DNA of 64,000 bases from Vulcanimicrobiota bacterium (GCA_963812155.1 CAWETW010000002.1:320001-384000); one strand, 5' to 3'. Positions 21,074-30,295 are shown, counted from the first letter of the stretch. The notes: generated from the letters alone by a model not told the origin. A program made the numbers and translations.

Positions 21074-22799
21074 GGGGTCCAGCCGCCGGCAGGATTCCAG
21101 CATGCAGCATCGCCGCACGCGAAATCTCCGCAAACGCCGGGGCTGCGACCACGCTTCCGTAGTAGGATCCGATTGGGCGCTCGACCTTCACGTAAACGAG
21201 ATAGCGAGGATGCTCGTAAGGCACCATGCCGATAAAGGATGCGGCGTAGTATCCCGAGCGATATTCACCGTCGACGACCATCTCCGCGGTTCCGGTCTTA
21301 CCGGCGGTCGAGTATCCGGGAATTTGCGCGGTCGGATCGCCGGTTCCGTGTAACACGACCATCCGCAGAAAACCGCGCAACTCGCTTGCGGTGCGACGCG
21401 AGAAGACGCGGCGAACCACGTGGGGCGCAACGCTGTGCACGAGCTTGCCCTGCTGGTCGTAGACGGCCCGCACGATGTGCGGCTGCATCAGAAGGCCGCC
21501 GTTGGCGATCGCGCAGTAGTAACGGGCCATTGCAATCGGCGTAACCGAAACGCCTTGTCCGAACGACATCGTCGCCAGCGACGGCGCGCTCCAATCCCGC
21601 GGATTCGGAACGATGCCGGGATTCTCTCCGGGCAGTTCGATGCCGGTCGTGTCGCCGAAGCCGGCGCGCCGCTCCATTGCGTAAAAGGTTTTTGCTCCGA
21701 TCGACATGCCGACTTCGGCGGCTCCGACGTTATGCGAAAATTCGATGATTTGCCCCAGCGTCTCGCTTGCGCCGGTACCGGCCATGAAGCCGTCTTCCGC
21801 GTTGTGAATGATTCGCCCGCCGACTTCTAAACGATCGTGCGCCGGGAAACGCGTCGTCAACGATACTTTGTGCGAATCGAGCGCGGCGGCAGCCGTTAGG
21901 AGTTTGTAGGTCGAGCCGGGTTCGTACGCGTCCATCACCGCGCGGTTGCGCCGGTGGGCGTCGTCGTATTTCCAGAACCGGTTCGGATCGAAGGTCGGCG
22001 CATTGGCTAGAGCGAGCACTTCTCCGGTGTAGGGATCCATGACGATGGCGGTGCCGTCGAGCGCATGGTACGTCGTGACTTGCGTAGCGAGCGCACGCTC
22101 GGCGACGAACTGGATGTAGGAGTCGAGCGTCAACTCGATCGTCGAGCCGGGGTCGGCGGCCGTCACGACGCGCTCGCGGCCGAATGGAATCGGACGTCCG
22201 AACTCGTCGGTCTCGAGCATCACGCTGCCCGAGCGGCCGCGCAGCAGCGCGTCTTGCGAATACTCGATGCCGTCGAGGCCGTTTTCGTCGGTACCGACGA
22301 AGCCGAGCACCGTCGCAGCCAATCTGCCCGACGGGTCGACGCGCTGGCCCGTTTCTTCTTCCTTTAAAGCGATGCCGCCGATACCGAGCGCGCGCACCCG
22401 CTCGACCTCGTCGTGCGGCGCCTTGCGCGCAATCCACGCAAACCAGGAACGCTTGTCGTGAAGCTGCGCAACCGTAGCGGGATCGAGCTTCCCGAATATG
22501 CTTTGCAGTTTCGCGGCGGTCGCATCCGGATTGGCGAGATCGCGCGGCACCGCGTAGACGCTCTCGGAAGGGAGCGAACGCACCAGCACGCTGCCGTTGC
22601 GGTCGAGGATGCTGCCGCGGCGCGCAAAGACTTCAACCGCGTTGGAACGCTGCGCGAGGGCCTGGCGCGCGTACGAGGCGCCGTGAACCACTTGCACGTC
22701 GTAGAGCCGCCACGCGAGGTACGCGGCGGTGACCAGAAGCGCGTAAAAGACGAACTTGGCGCGAATCGGCGAGATGCGTGCGAAGGCTCGCTGATGCAC
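21066..22799 (-). CDS. ftsI: Class B penicillin-binding protein (FtsI/SpoVD-like)
   Basis: N-terminal TM, RGSILDRNG, GIE, EPGSTYK (SxxK), SHN (SxN) and GKTGTA. Confidence 0.93.
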   Translation of the reverse strand: MHQRAFARISPIRAKFVFYALLVTAAYLAWRLYDVQVVHGASYARQALAQRSNAVEVFARRGSILDRNGSVLVRSLPSESVYAVPRDLANPDATAAKLQSIFGKLDPATVAQLHDKRSWFAWIARKAPHDEVERVRALGIGGIALKEEETGQRVDPSGRLAATVLGFVGTDENGLDGIEYSQDALLRGRSGSVMLETDEFGRPIPFGRERVVTAADPGSTIELTLDSYIQFVAERALATQVTTYHALDGTAIVMDPYTGEVLALANAPTFDPNRFWKYDDAHRRNRAVMDAYEPGSTYKLLTAAAALDSHKVSLTTRFPAHDRLEVGGRIIHNAEDGFMAGTGASETLGQIIEFSHNVGAAEVGMSIGAKTFYAMERRAGFGDTTGIELPGENPGIVPNPRDWSAPSLATMSFGQGVSVTPIAMARYYCAIANGGLLMQPHIVRAVYDQQGKLVHSVAPHVVRRVFSRRTASELRGFLRMVVLHGTGDPTAQIPGYSTAGKTGTAEMVVDGEYRSGYYAASFIGMVPYEHPRYLVYVKVERPIGSYYGSVVAAPAFAEISRAAMLHAGILPAAGPHG

Positions 22800-22812
22800 T
22801 AGGGAACGGCCG

Positions 22813-23268
22813 CTAACGCTGCCGGGTTGCCGCCGGAACGAACAGTCCGGCCAGCGACGAGAGCACCGCGACGCGCGGTTGTCCGGCGGCCGCCGAAGGC
22901 CGCGGGACGTGGAGCACGGCAAACTGTACGGGCTCGGTCATCTTCAAACGCGTTGCGATCGCGGAGAGGCGATCGTCGGAGCGCAACGCGGCAATTCGAT
23001 CGTCGAGGCGCATCGTCTCCTCGAGCAGGGATTCGCGTTGATGTGCGGCGCGTGCCACCGCGTACGAGAGTCCGGTTAGCGTCGACGTCAGCAGCACGTA
23101 GCCCATGAACAGCACGAGCAGGCCGGTGACGGCGGCAGTCACCCGTCCGATGCTGGAGTAACGGGCACGCGATTTGTGCACGATGCGCCGGCGCGTTGCG
23201 GCGCGTGCGGTGCGCGGATTGCGCACGCGGGCGGAGCGTTCGGAGGGTCGCGGCGCAATCACGATCAA
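22813..23268 (-). CDS. ftsL: Cell division protein FtsL-like
   Basis: Basic N-terminus, one TM and a leucine-zipper-like segment. Position between rsmH and ftsI. Confidence 0.65.
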   Translation of the reverse strand: MIVIAPRPSERSARVRNPRTARAATRRRIVHKSRARYSSIGRVTAAVTGLLVLFMGYVLLTSTLTGLSYAVARAAHQRESLLEETMRLDDRIAALRSDDRLSAIATRLKMTEPVQFAVLHVPRPSAAAGQPRVAVLSSLAGLFVPAATRQR

Positions 23269-24137
23269 CTCGCCTTCCGCCGCGCGGCGCGCAGCTTGGC
23301 GCTGCGGGAGCGCGGGTTTTCCGCGATCTCGTCAGCATCGGGTAGCAACGGTTTTTTGGTCAACACCTCGAGACGCTCGTCGTCCTTGAACGAGCGCTTG
23401 ACGATCCGGTCTTCGAGCGAATGGAAACTGATGGCCACGACGCGACCGGCTTCACGCAGCCGGCCGGCGGCGGAGCTCAATCCGTCGAGCAGCGCGTCGA
23501 GTTCGCCGTTGACCGCGATGCGCAATGCTTGAAACACGCGCGTCGCCGGATGCAAGCGCTCGCGGTGACCCCGGCGATGAACGACTCCTGAAACCAGCGA
23601 CGCCAACTCGGTCGTCGTGGTCGGCAACTCGCCGGCGCTTCGCCGTTCGACGATTGCGTGCGCGATTTTTCGCGCGAACCGCTCTTCGCCGTAGAAGTGG
23701 AAAATGTCGGCGAGTTCGCTTTCGCTCGAACTCGAAAGGACGTCGTACGCGCTGCGCCCCTCGTGCGGATCCATGCGCATGTCGAGCGGCGCCGTCTTTC
23801 CGAGCGAGAATCCGCGGTGCGCGTCGTCAAACTGCATCGAGGAGACCCCCAAGTCGAAGAGGACGCCGTCGACCGACGCGATTGCGCAGCCGTCCAGAAC
23901 GGCTGCCAAGTTTCGAAAGTTCTCGCGCACGAACGTCAAGCGCGCATCGTCGATTTCCGCCGCTCGCGCACTCGCCGCCGGATCCGCATCCAGCGCAATG
24001 AGCCGCCCCGATTCCAGGCGCTCCAGGATCGCTCTCGCGTGGCCGCCCGCGCCAAAGGTTGCATCGACGTAGATCCCATCGGGCCGGATCGCCAGCAATT
24101 CCAACGCCGGCCGGAGCAGGACCGGGACGTGCCTCAT
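23265..24137 (-). CDS. rsmH: 16S rRNA m4C1402 methyltransferase
   Basis: HVPVLL, DATFGAGGH, DLGVSSMQ, PLDMRM, FQALRIAVN, SFHSLEDRIVK and NPRSRSAKLR. Confidence 0.98.
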   Translation of the reverse strand: MRHVPVLLRPALELLAIRPDGIYVDATFGAGGHARAILERLESGRLIALDADPAASARAAEIDDARLTFVRENFRNLAAVLDGCAIASVDGVLFDLGVSSMQFDDAHRGFSLGKTAPLDMRMDPHEGRSAYDVLSSSSESELADIFHFYGEERFARKIAHAIVERRSAGELPTTTTELASLVSGVVHRRGHRERLHPATRVFQALRIAVNGELDALLDGLSSAAGRLREAGRVVAISFHSLEDRIVKRSFKDDERLEVLTKKPLLPDADEIAENPRSRSAKLRAARRKAS

Positions 24138-24160
24138 GCGCGACGCTCCACATGGCGCCC

Positions 24161-24601
24161 CTACAGCCCCAGGTCGGCCATGAAGCCGGCCACCTCGCCC
24201 TCGGGCGGCTGCTGAAAGGCATAACGTTCTTTCGCCCAGATCTCGACCCGCGTGAGCAGTCCGACCGAAACCACCTGGCGTTCGATTCCGGCGTACTCCC
24301 GCAGCCGCGCGGGCACGACCACCCGGCCTTGGTTATCGCATCCGACCTCCTCGCTGTTTGCGAAGAGATAGCGCACGAAACGCCGGTACGGCTCGTCCTT
24401 CTGCGGCACCGATTCGAGCCGTCCGCAAATCTCCACCCAGGTTGCGCTTGGATAGAGCGCGAGGCATGGATCGGGGTGTGCGATGGTCAGCACGAACTGC
24501 GATCCGAGCCGTTCGCGGAAGCGCGCGGGCACGATGAGCCGTCCCTTATCGTCAAGGGCGTGCTGCTCCGAACCGGCAAAACGCGGCAATCCGGCGTGCA
24601 C
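24161..24601 (-). CDS. mraZ: Division/cell wall cluster transcriptional repressor MraZ
   Basis: FAG...LDDKGRLIVPARFR, DNQGRVVVP and RVEIW. First gene of the dcw cluster. Confidence 0.96.
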   Translation of the reverse strand: MHAGLPRFAGSEQHALDDKGRLIVPARFRERLGSQFVLTIAHPDPCLALYPSATWVEICGRLESVPQKDEPYRRFVRYLFANSEEVGCDNQGRVVVPARLREYAGIERQVVSVGLLTRVEIWAKERYAFQQPPEGEVAGFMADLGL

Positions 24602-24617
24602 AGAATCCTCCGAGCGG

Positions 24618-24670
24618 CACCACTACGCACTACTTCACACCACTATACGCCCCCAGGAAACTCAAAGCAA
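24618..24670 (-). promoter_or_regulatory. dcw promoter with three MraZ-binding repeats
   Basis: Minus strand TTGCTT-N17-TATAGT overlapped and followed by AGTGGTG / AGTAGTG / AGTGGTG at 10-bp period (24644-24618), like the GTGG repeats known for MraZ. Confidence 0.75.
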
Positions 24671-24713
24671 GGCCGGCGTTCCACGGTAAAAGGACGGTGA
24701 GCCGGTACGGAGA

Positions 24714-24743
24714 TGCAGATGCGAACAACAGTTCGCATCTGCA
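24714..24743. promoter_or_regulatory. Perfect 13-bp inverted repeat with a LexA (Cheo-type) box core
   Basis: TGCAGATGCGAAC-AACA-GTTCGCATCTGCA, with core CGAAC-N4-GTTCG at 24722-24735. Confidence 0.5.
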
Positions 24744-24827
24744 AGGCTAGCTGCCGTAACGCCGGCTCCGCGCAGACAGGATCGCCGCCGCGACGTTACC
24801 CGGCCGCGATGCGGGTATGACCGTCGC

Positions 24828-25271
24828 ATGAGAGCGACGTGGAAACCTCACGAAAAGCATGGGCGTCTCACTCGCCAGAGCGACCTCCCCGATAGCGTGT
24901 ACGCCTTTCCAAAGGAGCGCAAAGAACCGCTGACCGACGCAAAACACGTTCGCAACGCGGTCGCGCGCTTCGATCAGGTGACCGGCGTGTCGGAGAGTTC
25001 GCGCGAACTTGCGTTTGCAAACATCAAGAAAGCCGCAAAGCACTACGGCATCGATCTCGGGGAATCGTCGGCAAAGGATCTCGGCGTGCATCCGCAACGC
25101 CATCGCAAGACCGCGTCGCGCAAGGGTGCCGCTATTCGCAAAAAAACGGGCGTCGCAAAAAAAGCAGCGCGCAAGGGCGCTGCTACGCGCAAGCGGACCG
25201 GGGTTGCGAAGAAGGCGGCACGCAAGGGCGCCGCGACGCGCAAAAAGCAGGCCGGGCGCTCCTCACGCTAA
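24828..25271 (+). CDS. DUF6582-like protein with a basic, histone-H1-like repeat tail
   Basis: DLPDSVYAFPKERKEPLTDAKHVRNAVARFDQV...IKKAAKHYGI matches DUF6582 as I know it. The C-terminus has about 2.5 copies of a 17-aa RKGAATRKxTGVAKKAA repeat. Confidence 0.75.
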   Translation: MRATWKPHEKHGRLTRQSDLPDSVYAFPKERKEPLTDAKHVRNAVARFDQVTGVSESSRELAFANIKKAAKHYGIDLGESSAKDLGVHPQRHRKTASRKGAAIRKKTGVAKKAARKGAATRKRTGVAKKAARKGAATRKKQAGRSSR

Positions 25272-25286
25272 TCGGCGGATCGCTCC

Positions 25287-27161
25287 TTACACGTAGTCTC
25301 GCAACGTTACGATGACGTCGCGCGACGTGCCGTCCTTCCCGCTGACCGTCATCCGAATCGCCGTGCCCGATACGCCGTAGAATAACTCGCGCACTTGCTG
25401 GAGCGTCATATCCGCAGCCGGTTTGCCGTCGACGCTGACGATCGTGTCGCCCTTGGCTAAGCCCGCGTCGGCCGCCGGCGTGCCGGGCCGCGCGTCGAGC
25501 ACGAGATACTTGCCGTCGCGATTGAGCAGAAACAGTCCCGCGCGCTCGTACGTGTCGCGCTGACCGAACGCCGCGTTCGGCGTCAGCGTCATCGTTTGCT
25601 TGCCGTAGTCGAGCGTCAAGGTAAACCGCCGGAAGAGATTGCCGCCGACGTTGGCCGCGACGAACGGCTCGGCGAACGCGCCTTTGGTTTGCGTGGTGAA
25701 ATCGCCGATGACGTCGTTCAGCGTGAATCCGCCGAAAGCAACCGACTGCATGCGGCCGAGTTTTCCGAATGATGGGCCGCCGAACCCGTAGCCGGTGACC
25801 CCTACTCCGGTCAACGTGGCCGGCACGACCTGCGGATGCTCTGCGAGGAACGGACCAAAGAGCGTGATCGAGTCGCGCGCCCCCGTGTCGAGCGTGCATT
25901 GCGTGTCGACGCCGTCGATGGTGCACGCGAACTGCGGTTGACGTCCGTCGAGCACGAACGGCGACGTCTTCGCTTCGCCCGGCGCGGCCGGAGCGCTGCC
26001 CGGCATTGCCAGCGTCACCGACTTAGCCGCGTAGTCGAAGGTCGTAATGAAACGCGAGAGCACTTCGAAACCGATCAGCCCGTCGACCGGGCGTCCGCTC
26101 GAAATGCCGAAACCCAAGCGCGTCGGCGCGACGCCGAAGAGTTGATTGCGGACCGTCGCATCGCCGATCTGCATGGATGCGACCTTTGCAAAACTCACCG
26201 ACTCCGTGGTCGATCCGACGCCGCCGCCTTGAATCGATCCATGACCGGCAGCGCCGATTTCTCGTGCGACCGCCGGATCGACGATATTCGCTCCGCCCGT
26301 ATCGTAGATGAAGCGATAGGGTCCTTTGCCGTTCAGCATCAGCGAAAGATAGACGTGATTGTCGACCAGTTCGATGGGAATGGTGGTGCTCGTCGCGCTG
26401 CCGGCGATCGAAAAGTCGTGCACGGTCGACGCGGGCTTGGCAAGATGCTCGGCTGCGCCCGCGGGATTCGCGATGGCTTGCGTGACGGTGGAATCGCCGG
26501 AGTTTCCGTCGCTCGATTGCGTGTGACTCGCGCGCGGAATCATCAAACCGTCCACCGGCTTATAGTTTGAAAACGTCGAAACCGTCGTCGTCGGACCGAT
26601 GGTTTGCACGAAACGCACCGGTAAGTGCGTCGTGCGATCGAACCACAACTCGAACGGGACGAGCGATTGGGGAGCGGTGATCTGCAGCACGTCGTAACTG
26701 CGGCCGGCGTCTTGCTTGACGCCCGCAAAGTGGACCGTCGCGCCGCCGCGGTTTGGACCCCAGAGCGCGCCGTCGTTTACGAACGCCTGGCTGATGGCTT
26801 GCGCGCGCCCCGCTTGTCCGCCGTCGACCCAGACGAGGCCCGAGTCGTCGCTATTCCACGCGTCGGTTCCGTCGAAGCCGTCGCCGCCGCTCAGCGGCTG
26901 GGCATCGTACGACTCCGAAAACCGCTTTCCGCCGATCTCAAGCCACGAACTTCCCTTGCCGCTCATGCCGCCGAAGCTGACGGTGCCTTCCAACTCCAGC
27001 GTCTTCACGCGTTCCAGGGCGGCGCCGCCGAGCGCGGCTCGCGATTGCGCCAGCAGCCGGGCGAGCGGATCGGCCGGTGTAGCGGCCTGTGCCGCTAGCG
27101 GGCATCCTGCGGCGAGGGCGAGCCCCATGGCAAATCGCGCGAACGTCTTTACAAACTTCAT
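25287..27161 (-). CDS. Secreted retropepsin-like aspartyl protease with two catalytic motifs and a C-terminal PDZ domain
   Basis: Signal peptide, FIYDTGG and CTLDTGA, DGLIG flap-like motif, and PDZ-like RPGTPAADAGLAKGDTIVSVDG. Confidence 0.85.
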   Translation of the reverse strand: MKFVKTFARFAMGLALAAGCPLAAQAATPADPLARLLAQSRAALGGAALERVKTLELEGTVSFGGMSGKGSSWLEIGGKRFSESYDAQPLSGGDGFDGTDAWNSDDSGLVWVDGGQAGRAQAISQAFVNDGALWGPNRGGATVHFAGVKQDAGRSYDVLQITAPQSLVPFELWFDRTTHLPVRFVQTIGPTTTVSTFSNYKPVDGLMIPRASHTQSSDGNSGDSTVTQAIANPAGAAEHLAKPASTVHDFSIAGSATSTTIPIELVDNHVYLSLMLNGKGPYRFIYDTGGANIVDPAVAREIGAAGHGSIQGGGVGSTTESVSFAKVASMQIGDATVRNQLFGVAPTRLGFGISSGRPVDGLIGFEVLSRFITTFDYAAKSVTLAMPGSAPAAPGEAKTSPFVLDGRQPQFACTIDGVDTQCTLDTGARDSITLFGPFLAEHPQVVPATLTGVGVTGYGFGGPSFGKLGRMQSVAFGGFTLNDVIGDFTTQTKGAFAEPFVAANVGGNLFRRFTLTLDYGKQTMTLTPNAAFGQRDTYERAGLFLLNRDGKYLVLDARPGTPAADAGLAKGDTIVSVDGKPAADMTLQQVRELFYGVSGTAIRMTVSGKDGTSRDVIVTLRDYV

Positions 27162-27281
27162 GCGATGGTTACGGGCGGGGATCTGGATTTGTTTCCATAG
27201 CGCGGGCAAAAAGGTTACGCCCCAGGGGGGCTCCGGGTACAGTAAGCGCGTCTGGGGGAAGGGGAGATCGTCGTTTCAGAG

Positions 27282-28871
27282 TTGGGCCGCCCGAGTGCGC
27301 TGTGGACCGAAGCCGACGCTCACCTGCGCGCGCTGTCGGAGTCGCTGCCGCTCATCCTTTTTAGTGCTGGGCCCGACGGCTGGGTCGACTGGTACAGCCG
27401 GCGGTGGTATGAGTACACGGGCCAAGCGCCGGAACAGGCGGCCGGTTGGGGCTGGCAGGCGGTGCATCACCCCGACAGCCTGCTCGACGTCATGCGGGAA
27501 TGGCCGCATTCGATCGCAACCGGCGAGCCCTTCGAGATGGAAGTGCGCTTACGCCGTAACGACGGAACGTTTCACTGGTTCTTGGCGCGCGCAGAGCCGT
27601 TTCGCGACGAGAACGGTACCATCCGGCGCTGGTACGGAAGCATCGTGGATATCGACGCGCAGAAGTTCAGCATCGACCGCAGCAAGCGCATCGCCGAGAC
27701 GATGCACGAAATTTTTCTTCCAAAGGTGCTGCCGCAATACGCCGACCTGCGTCTCGACTCTATGTATCTCTCGGCCGAACGCGACGCGCTCGTCGGCGGC
27801 GATTGGTACGACGCGTTCGAACTTCCGGACGGACGGCTAATTCTTTCGATCGGCGACGTCGCGGGACACGGGCTCGAATCGTCGATCACCGTCGGGCGGC
27901 TTCGCCAAGCGATCTATACGATGGCGTGGCGCGGCGACGACCCGGGGACGATTTTGAAAGAAGCCGACCGGATTCTCAGCTTTCAGGATCCAGGAACGAT
28001 GGTGACGGCGATCGTCGGCTCGATCGATGCCGCGCACGCGACGCTGCGTTACGCGGTTGCCGGGCATCCGCCGCCAATGATTGCGCGCACCAAGGGAAAA
28101 CCGGCGGAGGTACTTCCCTTCGGCGACCCGCCGCTCGGCATCGGCTTGAACGTCGACCCGCAGACGCACGTCGTGCCGATCGACCGCGACAACGTCGTCG
28201 CGCTCTACACCGACGGCGTCACGGAGTTCTCGCGGGATGCCGTCGCAATCGAGAAAAAACTTGCACGCGCGCTGTCGTCGCTCGTCGGTGACGCCGAGGT
28301 CGCCAGTCCCGCGAGAACACTAGCCGAAAAGATTTTTGAGGGTAGGCGGCCGTCCGACGACGCAGCGCTGCTCGTGCTGCAGTTTTCCGCGACGCGACCC
28401 CACATCGCCAACGATCCCGGCCCCCTCGAAAAGGTGTGGCGTTTTCATTCGAGCAGCGCTCACACGGCGCAGGCGTCGCGCCGCGAGGTCATGGCCTTTT
28501 TGCGCGCGCTGGCGCCTGCCGGCGAAAATCTCTTTGATGTAGAGCTGATCGTGGGCGAACTTTTCGCCAATACGGTACAGCACGCGCCGGGTCTGGTCGA
28601 AGTGCGCGCCGATTGGTCGAAGGAACACCCCGAACTGATCGTCCGCGATACGGGACCCGGGCTGGAGTTTCTCGTCGGGCGGCTGCCGGAGAACGTCCTC
28701 AGCGAAAACGGACGCGGCCTGTTTTTGCTCAAGACGCTCGCCACCGGCGTCACCGTGCGGTCGCGTCCCGGCTATGGAACGGAGCTGCGCGCGGTGCTTC
28801 CGATTTCGCGCGCTTTACACGCACGCTCGCGGTCGATCAAGACGCGCTTGCGCGCCAAGCCCCAGCGATAG
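27282..28871 (+). CDS. PAS - PP2C (SpoIIE/RsbU) phosphatase - HATPase (RsbW-like) fusion
   Basis: PAS/PAC (WYEYTG, WQAVHHPD, RWYGSIVDI). PP2C motifs GGDWYD, GDVAGHG, AGHPPP, YTDG and DDAA. HATPase motifs ELFANTVQH, DTGPG and GRGL. Confidence 0.9.
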   Translation: MGRPSALWTEADAHLRALSESLPLILFSAGPDGWVDWYSRRWYEYTGQAPEQAAGWGWQAVHHPDSLLDVMREWPHSIATGEPFEMEVRLRRNDGTFHWFLARAEPFRDENGTIRRWYGSIVDIDAQKFSIDRSKRIAETMHEIFLPKVLPQYADLRLDSMYLSAERDALVGGDWYDAFELPDGRLILSIGDVAGHGLESSITVGRLRQAIYTMAWRGDDPGTILKEADRILSFQDPGTMVTAIVGSIDAAHATLRYAVAGHPPPMIARTKGKPAEVLPFGDPPLGIGLNVDPQTHVVPIDRDNVVALYTDGVTEFSRDAVAIEKKLARALSSLVGDAEVASPARTLAEKIFEGRRPSDDAALLVLQFSATRPHIANDPGPLEKVWRFHSSSAHTAQASRREVMAFLRALAPAGENLFDVELIVGELFANTVQHAPGLVEVRADWSKEHPELIVRDTGPGLEFLVGRLPENVLSENGRGLFLLKTLATGVTVRSRPGYGTELRAVLPISRALHARSRSIKTRLRAKPQR

Positions 28872-29665
28872 CCGCCGAGATCTCCGTCACCGCGAATGAC
28901 GCGATGACACGGTATCACGATCGCTGCAACGTTGGCCGCGCAGGCGCGCGCGACCGCACGGGCCGCGCCGGGCGACCCGATCGCTGTGGCGATTTCGCCG
29001 TACGATGCAACCGAGGCGTACGGTATCGATGCAATGCAGTTCCACACGCGCATTTGGAAAGCCGAGGCTCGAATGTCGAGCGGCAGATCGACGTGCGGGC
29101 GATGGCCCTGCAAATGCTCGGCGATCGCGTTCGCCCAGCGCGAGAGCGCAGGATCGGCGGGCTCCCGGATCCGCTCGATGCATGCGGCGTTGTATTCACG
29201 CCGTAATTCACCGGCAAGCGCCGCTTCGGTGTCGCCGAACTGCACGAAGCAGACGCCGCGGTCGGTCGCGCCGATCATCATCAGCCCGACCGGCGTCTCC
29301 ATGGCTGCATACGTGATCGCCACGCCCGCGCCGGCGGCGCGATATTGCGCGGGCGTCATGCCGAGCCGCCGCGGGGCTCGTTCGTAGACGCGGCTGGCAG
29401 AACCGTAGCCGGCGTCGTACACGGCCGCGTCGACCGACGCCGCGGCGCGAAGGCCGCCCTTCAGGCGCTCGACGCGCTTTTCGGCCGCGTACCGCTTGGG
29501 CGTGACGCCGACGACGTCTTTGAAACTGCGGGCAAAGTGAAATCGGCTCATGGCGGCCTTCGAGGCAAGAAAGCCCAGCGTCAAGGCGTCGTCGCAGTGA
29601 TCCTCGATGTAGCGGCAAATCTCGCGAACTCGCTCAGGAACCGAACAGGGTGCGTGCTCTAACAT
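28772..29665 (-). CDS. ada: AraC-HTH / O6-methylguanine-DNA methyltransferase (Ada-like, no N-terminal Zn domain)
   Basis: AraC HTH (MSRFHFARSFKDVVGVTP, YDAGYGS, LGMTP) plus the methyltransferase active site IPCHRV and GGYRWG. Confidence 0.88.
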   Translation of the reverse strand: MLEHAPCSVPERVREICRYIEDHCDDALTLGFLASKAAMSRFHFARSFKDVVGVTPKRYAAEKRVERLKGGLRAAASVDAAVYDAGYGSASRVYERAPRRLGMTPAQYRAAGAGVAITYAAMETPVGLMMIGATDRGVCFVQFGDTEAALAGELRREYNAACIERIREPADPALSRWANAIAEHLQGHRPHVDLPLDIRASAFQMRVWNCIASIPYASVASYGEIATAIGSPGAARAVARACAANVAAIVIPCHRVIRGDGDLGGYRWGLARKRVLIDRERACKAREIGSTARSSVP

Positions 29666-29810
29666 GGGTATCACTTTAACCGCCGCCGGCACGACGGACC
29701 ATCCGGAAATTGCGGTGAAACGAGCTTGCTTGCTTTAACCCGACCCGGCCGCTTGCAAGGCCCGCCGGTAAGATGGGAAGAAAGCGCGGTCACAGGTTTT
29801 AACGAGGACG

Positions 29811-30284
29811 ATGCGGCGATTATTTGCACTGTTCGGGATTCTGGGACTGCTTTACGGCTGTAGCGGCGCCGGTTATCTTCCCTATGCGCCGCACGCCCTG
29901 AAGCCGGGCGATATCCACGTGCTCGTCTCGGATGCGGCGCGCAACAACGGCGTCCCCGAAGCCCTCGTCCACGCCGTCCTGATGGCCGAGTCGGCCGGCG
30001 ATCCGTCGGCGATCAGTTCGGCCGGCGCCCAAGGGCTGATGCAGCTCATGCCGGGGACCTCCAGCAGCTGCGGGATCGCCAACCCGTTCGATCCGATGCA
30101 AAACGTGGAATGCGGGACGACGTACCTTCATTCGCTGCTGGTACGCTATCACAACGACGTTCGGCTCGCGGTGGCCGCATACAACGCCGGCCCCGGCGCC
30201 GTCGATCGCTACCACGGGGTTCCGCCTTATCCGGAAACGCGCGCCTACGTAACGCGCGTCCTGACGGCGTACCGAAGCTACTAG
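29811..30284 (+). CDS. Lytic transglycosylase (SLT domain) lipoprotein
   Basis: Lipobox LYGC, then AES, GAQGLMQLMPGT, AAYNAGPGAV and PPYPETRAYV. Confidence 0.93.
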   Translation: MRRLFALFGILGLLYGCSGAGYLPYAPHALKPGDIHVLVSDAARNNGVPEALVHAVLMAESAGDPSAISSAGAQGLMQLMPGTSSSCGIANPFDPMQNVECGTTYLHSLLVRYHNDVRLAVAAYNAGPGAVDRYHGVPPYPETRAYVTRVLTAYRSY

Positions 30285-30295
30285 TCGCTTTCGCG

